This document shows positions 10,376 through 21,300 of a stretch of DNA of 64,000 bases, piece by piece (the stretch's first letter is position 1; each line of letters starts with the position of its first letter). The translations under genes and the position numbers were made by a program. The notes beneath the pieces were generated by a model. The model searched no databases and was not told the DNA's origin. It was given only the letters and a program-made list of their open reading frames with translations. The DNA lies in NCBI GenBank assembly GCA_963833985.1, contig CAWIAD010000001.1, positions 2,848,001 to 2,912,000 on the forward strand. The letters run 5' to 3'. This stretch comes from an uncultured Planctomycetaceae bacterium. Lineage in GTDB: Bacteria > Planctomycetota > Planctomycetia > Isosphaerales > Isosphaeraceae.

Positions 10376-11349
10376 TAGATGCCGTCCTCGGCCTGGCGTT
10401 TCCGCTGCCGCGGGGGATTGGCATTGGCGTCCGCGACGGCGGCGGGCGGTTCCGTGCCGGCGCGGGGGATGATGACGGGCGCGGCGTCGTCGATCGGGTC
10501 CAGGCCGGTGACGAACTGGAGGTCGTTCATCGTCCGCTCGGTGCCCACCAGGCTGGCCGTGACCTGGTCCACCTGTCCGGAGATGAACTGGGGGTCCTGC
10601 CGGTTGATCGCCATCTCGGTGATGGAGCTGATCTTGTTCTCCAGCCGTTCGATCTCGGCCTGGACCAGCTCAGAGTTGTCACGCGCCTTGTGCAGGTTTT
10701 CCAGCCGGCCGCGGCAGGTTTCCAGGTTGTCGACGATCGTGCCGCGGATGGACAGACGGGGTGAGCTGCCCGCGGTTTCGTCGGCCGGCATGCGCGCCAG
10801 CCGGTCTTCCAGCCGCCTGATCTCGTTCTCGATCTCCGCCTCGTTGGTCCGCTCGAAGAAGCGCTCGAGCATCGTCTGCGTGTACACCAGCCGCAGGTAG
10901 ATCCAGAGCAGCCGTTCCAGCCCGGAGAGCTGCAATTCCTCGAGCGGTTCGGGCGTGGACTCGACGGAAAGTTCCTGGGACGCCCGCATCTGGTGGGCAA
11001 TCTGCCGGAGAGCGAGGCAGCGGTCGCGCAGGCTCTCGAACCGCCGGAGCTGGCGCGCGGGAAGCGACTTCAAGATGCGGTCGAAGGCCTCGGCCACCGC
11101 CACCGACCCCTGCTGCCGGGCCGACTTGTGCTCCTGGACGTCAACATAATGCTGGAATTTCGGGTGTGTGCCGATGAGGCCCAGATAGGCGGCCTCGCCG
11201 GCCATCACCAGGGGCACGAAGACATCGGGATGACCCGAGATCGCGGCAAACCCGATGCTGCCCAGGAAGGCCAGCAGGTTCCAGTGGTTCAGGAACGCCT
11301 TCTTGATGTATTTTCCCAGGCCCACGGTACTTGGTTTCCTCTGGCTCAC
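10366..11349 (-). CDS. Membrane-anchored coiled-coil hypothetical protein, last gene of the ABC operon
   Basis: Two N-terminal hydrophobic segments followed by long charged helices; 4-nt overlap with the ATPase. Confidence 0.75.
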   Translation of the reverse strand: MSQRKPSTVGLGKYIKKAFLNHWNLLAFLGSIGFAAISGHPDVFVPLVMAGEAAYLGLIGTHPKFQHYVDVQEHKSARQQGSVAVAEAFDRILKSLPARQLRRFESLRDRCLALRQIAHQMRASQELSVESTPEPLEELQLSGLERLLWIYLRLVYTQTMLERFFERTNEAEIENEIRRLEDRLARMPADETAGSSPRLSIRGTIVDNLETCRGRLENLHKARDNSELVQAEIERLENKISSITEMAINRQDPQFISGQVDQVTASLVGTERTMNDLQFVTGLDPIDDAAPVIIPRAGTEPPAAVADANANPPRQRKRQAEDGIYYN

Positions 11350-12272
11350 GTCCCGGCGCGCTGGCTTTCCTCGAGCTCGCTGATCAGGTCGCGCAGGTAA
11401 TAGACCGTCTCCTGGAACCGCGCCTGGCGCTGCATCTCCTTGGAGGGCCGGTCCGAGGGTTCAACCTTGAGCTCCCGCAGAATTGTACCCGGAGAGTTGC
11501 TCACGACGTAGATCCGATCGCTCAGGAAGACGGCTTCCTCGATGGAGTGCGTGACGAAGAAGACCGTCGCCTGGGTCTGCCTCCAGAGGTCCAGCAGCAG
11601 GTCCTGCATGTTCATGCGGGTCATCGGGTCCAGCGCGCCGAACGGCTCGTCCATGAGGATGATGCGCGGCCGGAGGATGAGCGTCTGGGCGATCGCCACG
11701 CGCTGGCGCATGCCGCCGGAAAGCTCGTGGGGGTACTTGTACTCGTCGTGCTCGACGCTCAGTCCCACGCGGCCGATCCACTGCCGGGCCAGCTCGTAGC
11801 GCACCGTTCGCGCCACCCCCTGGCACTCCAGTCCGAAAGCGACGTTGTCCAGCACGTTGCGGTGATCGAAGCTGGTGTAGTCCTGGAAGACCATGCCCCG
11901 GTCCGGCCCCGGCCGCTGGACGGGCTGCCCGAAGACGAGCACTGTGCCGCTGGTCGCGGGATGCTGGGGACGCAGGCCCGCAATCAAACGCAGGATGGTG
12001 CTCTTGCCGCAGCCGCTGGGCCCGAGCACGCCCACAAACTCGCCCTTGTCGTCCAGGTCGGGAACCACGAAAGTGACGTCGCGAATGGCGGTGAACTCGT
12101 TGGCTGCGCCGGGGTTGTAGGTCTTCGTCACGACGCGGAACTCGACGACGTGCGGAGGCGTCGCCTCCTCGGCCTTCTGAACATGGTCGAGCACCTCGCC
12201 CATGCCAACAGCAACCTGCGGCGCGGGGCCGGGCTTCTGAGTGGCCGCGGGATCGCCGCTGGACGCACTCAT
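11346..12272 (-). CDS. ABC transporter ATP-binding protein (NitT/TauT-like)
   Basis: GPSGCGKST, LSGGMRQR, ILMDEPFGALD, VTH. Confidence 0.95.
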   Translation of the reverse strand: MSASSGDPAATQKPGPAPQVAVGMGEVLDHVQKAEEATPPHVVEFRVVTKTYNPGAANEFTAIRDVTFVVPDLDDKGEFVGVLGPSGCGKSTILRLIAGLRPQHPATSGTVLVFGQPVQRPGPDRGMVFQDYTSFDHRNVLDNVAFGLECQGVARTVRYELARQWIGRVGLSVEHDEYKYPHELSGGMRQRVAIAQTLILRPRIILMDEPFGALDPMTRMNMQDLLLDLWRQTQATVFFVTHSIEEAVFLSDRIYVVSNSPGTILRELKVEPSDRPSKEMQRQARFQETVYYLRDLISELEESQRAGT

Positions 12273-13345
12273 GACCGTGCTCCGTCCTGAGACGTCGGGG
12301 GCTCCCCGGGCGCGGACGTGAGCATCTCAGCGGCCGGGAGAGCACTGCGCCGGAAGAGGCCCTTGACGTCTTCCCAGCCATGCAGCACGGCGCGGACCAG
12401 GCCGTGCAGCATTCCGCTGCCTCCGTAGCGGTACGGGAAGAGTTCCTTCTGGATCCAGAAGAGCGTGCGGTCGATCACCAGGGCCACAACCGGAATGAGC
12501 AGCAGCACCAGGATCACGTGCTCGCGCGGGCCGCGCTTCTGGGACGTATTGATGATGTCGCCGATGCCGCCCGATTCGCTGCCGAACTTGATCACCTCGG
12601 CGAGCATGATGTAGCCGAAAGCCAGCGAGAAGAGCAGCCGCAACGAGTTGAAGACGCTCGGCATGGCCAGCGGCACCAGCACCTTGAAGATCGTTTGCCA
12701 GCGGCCCGCCCCCAGGGTGTACGCGGAATCAACGTAACTCTCGCGCACCTCACCGATCGCCCGGGCCGTGTCCGAGACGATGAACGCCACGCAGGCGATG
12801 AAGATGAACATGATCTTCTGGAGCTCGCCGATACCGAAGAGCGCGAAGGTGAGGGGAATCAGGGCCGCGACCGGGATGTTCCGACCGAACAGCGTCATCG
12901 GCAGGAAGAACGCGTTGACGCGTGAGAAGCAGCCGCAGAGGACGCCCAGGGGCACGCCCACCAGCGTGGCCAGGCCGAAGCCCAGGCCAACCCGCCGCAG
13001 CGTGGTCAGCAGGTTGCGCGTCAGGGCGCGGTCGAACCACAGGGCGTGAAAGCTGGCGAAGGTCTCCCACGGGCTGGAAAGCCCCTTCGAGGGCGAGATA
13101 ATCCGCTCCTCGGGCTCGCCGCGGGTGACGAACCACCAGAGGAAGAGACACACGCCCACCGCGAACAAGCCGATGGCGACCACCTGCCAGTGCGGGGCCT
13201 GCTCGCGCAAACCCAGGAAAAGACGGACGCGCGGCCCCCGGGGGTTTCCGACGGAGGCCGCGGCCGCGGAGGGAAGCGGCCGCGCGGGGCCGGGCTGCGC
13301 GGGAGACGCGGCCGCGGCCGGCTCTTGGGGTGCGGGTGTCGTCAC
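12269..13345 (-). CDS. ABC transporter permease (NitT/TauT-like)
   Basis: Multiple TM helices; EAA-like YVDSAYTLGAGRWQ. Confidence 0.9.
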   Translation of the reverse strand: MTTPAPQEPAAAASPAQPGPARPLPSAAAASVGNPRGPRVRLFLGLREQAPHWQVVAIGLFAVGVCLFLWWFVTRGEPEERIISPSKGLSSPWETFASFHALWFDRALTRNLLTTLRRVGLGFGLATLVGVPLGVLCGCFSRVNAFFLPMTLFGRNIPVAALIPLTFALFGIGELQKIMFIFIACVAFIVSDTARAIGEVRESYVDSAYTLGAGRWQTIFKVLVPLAMPSVFNSLRLLFSLAFGYIMLAEVIKFGSESGGIGDIINTSQKRGPREHVILVLLLIPVVALVIDRTLFWIQKELFPYRYGGSGMLHGLVRAVLHGWEDVKGLFRRSALPAAEMLTSAPGEPPTSQDGARS

Positions 13346-13350
13346 GTGGC

Positions 13351-15105
13351 TCAGCCCGCCTTCTCGGCGGTCAGCACCTTGATCTCGACGCGCCGGTTCT
13401 TGGTCTGGTTGAGCGGATCGGAGGGGTCGGCCGGGCGGTCCCAGCCCACGCCGTCCACGTTGAACCGGTTCGGGTCCAGGTCGGGATACTTCTGCACCAG
13501 TGCTTCCTTGATGGAATTGGCCCGGTTCAGGGAAAGCTCCTTCACGAGCGCCGAGGGGACCTGGCCTTTCATGGAGCTGTCGGTATGTCCCTCGATGACA
13601 ATCCGCGCTGCGCCAAACTGGCCGGCGAGCTGGGCAATCTCCTCGAGCACGTTATTCACATTCGGGTCGTACAGCTCCTCGACAGACTTGCCGTCGGTCA
13701 CCCGGGCCACCTTCTTGAACGGGTCCCAGCTATTGGGGAAGAAGTGCATCACCACCGTGTTGGTGAGGATTTCCTCCCCCTCGGCGCGCACGGCCTGGAG
13801 TTCCTTGGGGGCGACCTGCGTGCCGTACTCCACTTTCTGTGCCGCGTACTTCGTATCCTGGCCCAGCTTCTGGATCACCGAGAAGTCCATCACCTGGTCG
13901 AAGGACAAGGGGCGGTGGGTGATGGTGCCGATCCGGCGATAGAGCAGGTACGACCGCTGCCAGGTCCGCTCGAAGTTGGTCGGGTTGTTCTGGTTCACGA
14001 AGAACTGGAAGTTCTCTGCCCAGTTGGTGCTGTGAGCGTCGCCGAGCATTCCCAGGGCGTCGGACGCCGGGATGTTGTACCCGGCCGCCATGAACCTGGA
14101 AACGGTCTGGCGCTCGGGCTCCTGCTTGAGCCGTTCCATCGCGTCGAAAATGCCCCGCGAGATGGACTCGATGATCGGCAGGTTGTCGCGAGCGAAGTCG
14201 GCGCGGGCGAACCAGACGTCGGCAATCAGGTGGTTGGCTTCCCTGGTGGTGACGAGCATGCGGTTGCCTCGCGCCTTCGCCAGGTTGTAAATGTCAGGCG
14301 CCCAGGAGACACAGCCGGCGATGTCTTTCTGGGCGTTGAAGGCGGCCGCGGCCTGGAACGCGTCGTCGGTGAAGACCATGTTCACTTCCGATGGCTGCAC
14401 GCCGCCGGAAACCAGCATGTTCAGGGCGAAGTAGTGCGAGGGCGAGTTCTGCGCCAGAACCAGCTTCTTGCCGCGCAGGTCGGCGACTGTCTTGATGTTC
14501 TCACGCACGACGATGCCGTCGCCGCCGTTGGAGAAATCGACCTGCTGGTAGATCCGCGGCATGATCCGGCTGTCGCGCGGGCTCCCCTGCGCGTCGACGA
14601 AGCTCTCCAGGAACAGGGGCACCATGTCCAGCGTCGCCCAGCCGATGTGCACCTCGCCGGCGGCATAGGCGTCGCGCATCTGGACGGGGTTGTCGATGAG
14701 GACCAGGTCCACCTTGAAGCTCTTGCCGTCGTCCGTCTTCCATTCCTTGCCGGCCTTGAACCCGTCGTTGGCCAGGACGATCGGCGCCCAGCCGGCCCAG
14801 ACGTTCAAGGCAAACCGGACGGTGTTGTCCTGGAGCGGCTTGTAGGCGGCCGTTCCCTTCACCGGCGGCAGCTTCTCGGCCGGCTTGAAGCTGTATTCCT
14901 TGACCGTCGTGGGGCTTGCGGTATCACCCGATTCGGCGGTTTGCTCGGCGCCCAGCTCTTTCGGTTCGATCTTCCCTGGCGGCTCGCCCGGCGCCGCCGG
15001 CCTGGGGGCGACGACGTCGCTACGGTAGACCGCAAACCCGATGAGTCCCAGAACGACCAGCGCCAGGGCCACGTAAAACACTGGCTTCGGCTGTCCGGCG
15101 GCCAT
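13351..15105 (-). CDS. ABC substrate-binding protein (NMT1/SsuA-like) fused to a C-terminal OmpA-like domain
   Basis: N-terminal TM; DFSNGGDGIV...VADLRGKK; C-terminal IEGHTDS...LSLNRANSI...KNRRVEI. Confidence 0.85.
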   Translation of the reverse strand: MAAGQPKPVFYVALALVVLGLIGFAVYRSDVVAPRPAAPGEPPGKIEPKELGAEQTAESGDTASPTTVKEYSFKPAEKLPPVKGTAAYKPLQDNTVRFALNVWAGWAPIVLANDGFKAGKEWKTDDGKSFKVDLVLIDNPVQMRDAYAAGEVHIGWATLDMVPLFLESFVDAQGSPRDSRIMPRIYQQVDFSNGGDGIVVRENIKTVADLRGKKLVLAQNSPSHYFALNMLVSGGVQPSEVNMVFTDDAFQAAAAFNAQKDIAGCVSWAPDIYNLAKARGNRMLVTTREANHLIADVWFARADFARDNLPIIESISRGIFDAMERLKQEPERQTVSRFMAAGYNIPASDALGMLGDAHSTNWAENFQFFVNQNNPTNFERTWQRSYLLYRRIGTITHRPLSFDQVMDFSVIQKLGQDTKYAAQKVEYGTQVAPKELQAVRAEGEEILTNTVVMHFFPNSWDPFKKVARVTDGKSVEELYDPNVNNVLEEIAQLAGQFGAARIVIEGHTDSSMKGQVPSALVKELSLNRANSIKEALVQKYPDLDPNRFNVDGVGWDRPADPSDPLNQTKNRRVEIKVLTAEKAG

Positions 15106-15554
15106 TGAGAATGCACCTTTCTCTGGACGATTTGTGACATTGACGGGGGCGGGGTCCACGGCGCCGGCAGCCCCGCGCGTTGTTGACTCAGAGTAATGCC
15201 GGCGGCACGCTCAAGCAAGCCGATAGGCCCGGAGAAGAACCCTGGGTGTATCTTCGCCGCACCGGGGCAGTTCTTGGACCCCTGGCTCGACGGACGGCCC
15301 GGCCTCTCCATGGCTGACTTGCGGAAGCGGACCGGCAGATCCGCCCGCAGATCCGGGATCATCCCGGTTGCGTTTCTTCGCGCAGTTGGCCATAATCCGC
15401 CGGCACGTGCGGGCATGCGAACGTAATCCTCTTGTCGCGGGCATGATTGGGCCGCAAGATCGGCACCCGCCCACGGCCCGGACGAGGACGCGACGAAGCC
15501 CACTCCTCCGGCTGGGATCCGCCAGCTTCAGAACATCAGGAAGGGAGTACCACC

Positions 15555-16382
15555 ATGAAGACATTGACGTCACTGGGAGCGACCTTGACACTGCTGGCCG
15601 CCGGCTTCGGACCCCGGTTGGCGCAGGCTGATACGATCCCGATCGCCGTTTCCGGCTTGAACCAGGACATGGTCGTCGAGGCCGGCGCGGTGAACGACCC
15701 GACCAGCCACTACCTGAACGCGGTCACGGCGACGATGGACGCCGGCACCGCGAAAACCGGGTTCACCTGGTATGAGAGCGGGCTGGCCGGCGGTACCGGG
15801 GGCGGTCTGCCGGCCTCGGGCGTCATCACCAGCACGGCCGACCCGACAACCCGGTTCCAGCTCGGCCCTTACACGGGCCCCAATGCGCTCTTGCTCGATT
15901 CGGGCAACACTTCCGGCACACTCACGTTCAAGACGCCGCAAGAGTTTTCGGGGCTTTCCTTCCTCACCACCACCGGTTCGGCGTTCTTCGGAACACCCAT
16001 CGTCAGTCTCACCCTGCACTTCGCGGACGGCAGCACAGCCGTGAGCGGCCTGAGCTTCGTCTCACCCGATTGGTTCACGAGCATTCCAGCCGCGGTGAGC
16101 GGGAACGGACGAATCGACCCCGGTACCGCCGCGTTCGACCAGGTTGGCAGCGGCAATCCGCGCATCTTCCAGGAGAACGTGACGCTGCCCGCGAGCGTCT
16201 GGGCCCACCCGATCGCCAGCATTGATCTGTCCTGGAATTCCGGCGGCTCGAACAACTCCGAGACGGCCATCTTTGCCATCAGCGGCACGGTCCCCGAGCC
16301 GGCCTCGCTCGGCCTGCTGGGTATCGGCATGGCGGCGGTGGCACTGGGTGCCCGCCATCGCGCGGCAAGACGCCGGGCATGA
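15555..16382 (+). CDS. PEP-CTERM sorting domain protein
   Basis: Signal peptide; ends VPEPASLGLLGIGMAAVALGARHRAARRRA. Confidence 0.9.
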   Translation: MKTLTSLGATLTLLAAGFGPRLAQADTIPIAVSGLNQDMVVEAGAVNDPTSHYLNAVTATMDAGTAKTGFTWYESGLAGGTGGGLPASGVITSTADPTTRFQLGPYTGPNALLLDSGNTSGTLTFKTPQEFSGLSFLTTTGSAFFGTPIVSLTLHFADGSTAVSGLSFVSPDWFTSIPAAVSGNGRIDPGTAAFDQVGSGNPRIFQENVTLPASVWAHPIASIDLSWNSGGSNNSETAIFAISGTVPEPASLGLLGIGMAAVALGARHRAARRRA

Positions 16383-16432
16383 CCCCTGGCTCCTGCCCAG
16401 CAGATGCCGGGACGACGCAATTGCAATCGCGA

Positions 16433-16730
16433 TCGGGTGGGACAGACGACGCAGGCGGCGCATCCCGCCTTCGTGCGCTGGGTTGCGCGTCGCAAACGAC
16501 GCTGACCCACCCTACGCGCTCGCCGTTCAGACAATCGGTGGGCCTCGCAATGCTCGACCCACCCTACGCGATCACGGCGCGAATGGTTGCGGCGGAAACG
16601 ACAGGTCCAGACAATCGGTGGGCCTCGCAATGCTCGACCCACCCTACGCGATCATCCCGCGTTCGTGCGGTGGGTTGCGCGTCGCAAGTAGCTAGGGTGG
16701 GTCAGACGACGCAGCCGGCGCAACTCACCG
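16433..16730. repeat. BIME-like mosaic of GTAG-type REP palindromes
   Basis: CGGTGGGCCTCGCAATGCTCGACCCACCCTAC x2 plus GGGTGGG(T/A)CAGACGACGCAG and GGGTTGCGCGTCGCAA modules; all recur at 22.0-22.2 kb. Confidence 0.9.
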
Positions 16731-16737
16731 TTCGCGT

Positions 16738-17148
16738 TCAGGATGACGAACGCAGCAGGGCACGGAAGCCGGCCTGCTCGAAATGATGGTCGCCGGTCAG
16801 CGCGTCGGTTACTCCGCGCTCGGCCATCACGACAAACGAGATGCAGTCGGTGAGCGACCATGCCTTGTCGGGGCGGTCGGCGTACAGGTCAAGGCCACGG
16901 TCGAAGAGAGCCTGGCTCGCAGGTACGATCTCCACGGTCTGCAACTGACGAAATCCTTCGATCAGACGCAGGAACAGGGGCCGATTGGCCGGGGACGCCA
17001 TCGCGTCGGCGACCTCTGTCAACACCCAGGCCGTCGTGAGTAAAGAGTTACGCCCCTCCAGCGTCGCCCGCAGCGCGGTGGGGTGGGCCGCGTCGCGTGG
17101 GTTGAGCAGAGCCACGAAGTAGAAGGCGTCCGCGAAGTGGGGCGTCAT
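16738..17148 (-). CDS. VapC-like PIN domain toxin
   Basis: FADAFYFVAL, TAWVLTE, WSLTDCISF, LTGDHHFEQAGF. Confidence 0.9.
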   Translation of the reverse strand: MTPHFADAFYFVALLNPRDAAHPTALRATLEGRNSLLTTAWVLTEVADAMASPANRPLFLRLIEGFRQLQTVEIVPASQALFDRGLDLYADRPDKAWSLTDCISFVVMAERGVTDALTGDHHFEQAGFRALLRSSS

Positions 17149-17372
17149 CGCCTGGGCTGTCCGTGCAGGTAATGGTCCAGTTGCTCGGCCATGTCGGGCG
17201 GTAGATCCGTGGCCTGACCGGCCACGCTGAGCAGCAGGTTACGGAGTTCTGCCAGGTCCCGCGTCATTTCCTCCGGCTCGACGCGGACCTTCATGCCCTC
17301 GGGGAGTGGGGGCGTGCCCGCGTCAAGCACGATCACGCCGTTCTGAACCTGCCCGGTGTACGTCTCGGCCAT
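17145..17372 (-). CDS. Putative antitoxin for the PIN toxin
   Basis: 75 aa MAETYTGQVQNGVIVL...LPPDMAEQLDHYLHG; GGAGG SD; ATGA overlap with the toxin. Confidence 0.75.
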   Translation of the reverse strand: MAETYTGQVQNGVIVLDAGTPPLPEGMKVRVEPEEMTRDLAELRNLLLSVAGQATDLPPDMAEQLDHYLHGQPRR

Positions 17373-17452
17373 GGGGCACCTCCGAAGGGAATTGTAACAC
17401 CCGAAGCGCCTGGGTGTCCTTTGCTCACGGGCGCAGGGATGCGCGGGGTCGG

Positions 17453-18230
17453 TCAGTGGCCGAGCGACTCGGCCCAGTGGCGATCCCCCGGGCTCAGCGG
17501 GATCTTCTCCGGCAGCGGCGTGCCGTGCCGCACGAGCCGGCCGAACCGGCCGAGGCGATAGGTCATCTCGAAGGCCTCTGCCAGGGGGAGCAGCACGTCG
17601 GCGTCGGGCGGCGCGGAGCGGGATGGGGAGCGACGGCAGGGGGTGGCGGATCGTCCAGGCGTAGACCTGGGCGTCCGGCCGGCGGTCCGCGTGGGCGATG
17701 AGGGCGCGGTAGTGATGGGGCGGCAGGGGCCGGCCCAGGGGCGTCGGGTGGCCGCCCAGCAGCAGGTCGATCTCGACGATGTGGACAGGCCGCGCGATCA
17801 GAGCGGCCAGCTTGTCGAGATAGTCGTCCCGCCCCGCACCGGCCTTGTTCATCGGCGAGAGGAACTCGATGACGGTCACCAGCTCCAGGTCGGGGAGCCG
17901 CTTGATCTCGATCCAGCGCTCGCGGACCTCAATCTCGGCGGCGGCCAGCGGCACGGTGATGGGCTCGAGCGTCGCCACCGCACCGCCCGAGGTCGGACCA
18001 AAGAACGCAGGCGCATCCGGCTCCCTCCCGATGAGTACATCGGGCACGCGGTCCTCCGCCGGGTATTCGATGGCCAGCGTCTTCACCCGGGTCTCGATCT
18101 GGGAGACATATTCCTCGGGCAGGTGCTGATTCAGGATTCCCGAGCAATGGGCGACGAGGAACGCATGGAAGCCCTCCCACAAGCCCATGACCTCGATGTA
18201 AGGGTCCATTCCAGGGAAAGGGCAGGTCAT
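17453..18230 (-). CDS. DUF4058 family protein (frameshift near 17610)
   Basis: MTCPFPGMDPYIE, VTVIEFLSPMNK, HIVEIDLL, LPSLPIPLR; continues in another frame as DADVLLPLAEAFEMTY. Confidence 0.8.
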
Positions 18231-18317
18231 CGCTCGCCTCCGGCAGGGTCAACAATCGCGACGCGTTCATTGTAACCGCGCGGGGAACCGGGTCCCAGGC
18301 GAGCCCCACGCGGACCC

Positions 18318-21300
18318 TCACGGCGCGAACGGCTGCTGGGGAAACGCCAGGTCCAGCATCAGGAGCGGGAAATCCCGGCGGCCGCGGAGCGGGGCCAGAT
18401 CGGGCTCGTAACGATACTGGGCCGGGTTGCGATAGCCCCTGGCGGCGGCCTGACGGAGGTCGTCCATGGCCCGGTCGGCCAGATCGGACGCCTTGCTGGC
18501 AGCCGACAGCGTCGCGCAGGCGCAGGCCGTCCTGAGCCACTCGCGGCCGTCACGCGAGGGCAACTCCTCGAAGAGCGCGACGGCCCTGCGGGCGTCCGCG
18601 TCGGCCCCGGCGGAGTCGCCGGCGTCGAGCTTCAGCCGGGCGAGCCGCCTGAGGGCGTCGGCCAGGCGGGAGCGGTATCCTGGCGCCTTCGGCTGGGCCG
18701 CGGCCAGGGACTCGGCCCGCGCGATCGCCTGGTTGAGGCGTTCGCGGGCCTCACGGGTCCGGCCGAGGCCGCGGAGGGCGTCGCTGCTGGAGATGAGCAC
18801 GCTGACCAGCCAATCGCGATAATCGGGGACATTCGGGGCGGCCTGGGCGAGCGCCTCCAGCAGCGATCGGGCGTGCTCCAGCTCCTCCATCGCCTCGGCG
18901 GGCCGGCCCGCCGCCACGAGCAGGGCGCCGACCCGGCCGTGGCTGGCGGCCAGGTTGCGGCGGTAGTCGGGGACTTCGGGGTGATCGGCGGCCAGGGCCC
19001 AGAACATCTCCACGCACTTCCGCTGCTCGGCCAGTGCGCCGGCCAGGTCGCCGGTCCTCTCGAGCAGGACACCGACCCTGGTGTGGCTGATGGCCAGATT
19101 GCTGCGGTACTCGGGAACGGCGGGGTAGTCGGCGGCAAGAGCCTGGAACATCTCCAGATTCTTCCGGTGCTCTGACATCGCCCCGGCCAGGTCGCCCGTC
19201 TGCTCCAGCACATTGCCGATCCAGTTGTGGCTGACCGCCAGGCCGCGGCGGTAGTCGGGTACGGCGGGGTGCTCGGCGGCCAGGGCCCGGAATATGTCCT
19301 GGAACATCCGCTGCTCGGCCAGTGCGCCGGCCAGGTCGCCGGTCCTCTCGAGCAGGACACCGACCCTGGTGTGGCTGATGGCCAGATTGCTGCGGTACTC
19401 GGGAACGGCGGGGTAGTCGGCGGCAAGAGCCTGGAACATCTCCAGATTCTTCCGGTGCTCTGACATCGCCCCGGCCAGGTCGCCCGTCTGCTCCAGCACA
19501 TTGCCGATCCAGTTGTGGCTGACCGCCAGGCCGCGGCGGTAGTCGGGTACGGCGGGGTGCTCGGCGGCCAGGGCCCGGAATATGTCCTGGAACATCCGCT
19601 GCTCGGCCAGTGCGCCGGGCAGGTCGCCGATCTTGTCCAGGATATTGCCGACCGAGTTGTGGCTGACGGCCAGCTCCTTGCGGTAGTCGGGTACGGCGGG
19701 CGTGTCGCGGGTGAGAGCCTCACGCACCCGCAGGGCCTGGCGGAAGGACGCCAGCGCTTCGGCGTCCTTCCCGGTCGCCACGAGGGCTTCGCCGGCATCG
19801 TGGTGGGCAGCCCCGAGCGCCCGGCGGGCCTCGACCGCCGCGTTCGGCTTCGCGGCCAGCGGCTCGGCCAGGGCGCGGGCCTCCTCGTGCGCCGTCAGTG
19901 CCCCGGCGTGGTCGCCGAGCTTGAGAACATCCTCGCCCAGGCCGTTCAGCGCCCGGGCGAGCGCGACCCGCTCCGACGCCCCGGCACCGGGCACAGCCGC
20001 CAGCTCGCGGCGGATCGTCACCGCCTTCTTCCAAACCTCCAGCGCCTCGGGCTTCTGGCCGATCTTGTCGATCAGCTCCCCCAGCTCGGCGTACGATTCG
20101 GCCAGGATCGCCTTCGAGGCGGCGTCCTCCTGGCCCCGGAGCAGATCGCCCAGACGGTCGTAGAACTTCCGCGCCGAGCCCAGCAGCTTGTCCCGCAAGG
20201 GTCGCAGCCGGTCTTCCTTGAGCGTCTCTTCTTCCTCGACCCCGGTCTTGAACGAGCGGATCGCCTCGCGCGCCAGCTCGAACCGGGCCTGCACGCGGCC
20301 GTTGGCCTCGCCCAGCGCCGTGTTGGCCGCGTCCTTCTGGACGATCGCCTCGCGGAGGCTGACGTTGGCCCGGTCCAGGGCATTGTTCTTGGCCGCCAGC
20401 ACGGCGTTGGACTGCCTTTGCACGCCCAGCACGGCCGCCAGCCCTATGAGCGCCGCCAGGCCCGCTGCGCCGAGGGCCGTCACGCCCGTGCGATGCCGCG
20501 CCAGCCAGCGCGTCAGTCTGCGCGTCCAGGGGTCGGGATAGGCCGCGACCGGTTCGTCGGCCATCCACCGCTCGATGTCCTCGGCCAGTGCCCGGCCACT
20601 CGTGTAGCGATCCTCGGGCTCGAGCGACATCGCCTTCAGGCAAACCGCTTCGAGTGCCTGGTCGATCGAGGGGTCAACCTGCCGCGGGGGCGTGAATTCG
20701 CCCCGCTGGACCGTGCGGAGGATGGCGCCGAGGTCATCGCCCTCCTGTGGCGGCTTGCCGGTCAGCAGGCAATAGAGCGTCGCGCCCAGCGAGTAGACGT
20801 CGGAGCGCGGCCCGAGCTGGTCCAGGTCGCCGCGCGCCTGCTCGGGGCTCATGTAGGCCGGCGTGCCCAGGGCGCTGCCAGGCTGGGTTTCCGACGAGCC
20901 GCTGGCCGAGCTGGGCACGAGCGTGCGCTCCTCGGCGCCGGGCTCGCCCTTGCCGGTGGCCTTCGCCAGTCCCCAATCGACCACCAGCGTCTCGCCGTGC
21001 TTGCCGACGATGATGTTGCCCGGCTTGATATCGCGGTGGAGCACGCCGCGACTGTGGGCGTAATCGATCGCGTTGCAGACGTCGGTGAACCGCCGGAGCA
21101 ACTTCCGCAGCGCCAGCGACCTCTTGCCGGGATCGTTTCTCAGGGTCTCATCGCCGTGGAATCGCTCGATGGCCTCCTTGAGCGAGTCTCCCCGGATGAA
21201 CCGCATGGCGTAGTAGGGCCGGCCGTCGCCGTAGCTTCCCAGCCCATAGACCGGGACGATGCCCGGATGCTCGAGCCCGCCGGTGACCTCGGCCTCGACG

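Noticed and set aside
16433..16730. CRISPR-like repeats or ncRNA
   Set aside because: Irregular spacing and mixed orientation; better explained as a REP mosaic.
17145..18230. 361-aa DUF4058-antitoxin fusion in the ORF track
   Set aside because: Produced by a frameshift near 17610; DUF4058 ends at 17453 and the antitoxin has its own SD and ATG at 17372.
19019..19618. Diversity-generating retroelement TR/VR pair
   Set aside because: Copies are identical, tandem and in frame, with no adenine-specific differences and no reverse transcriptase.
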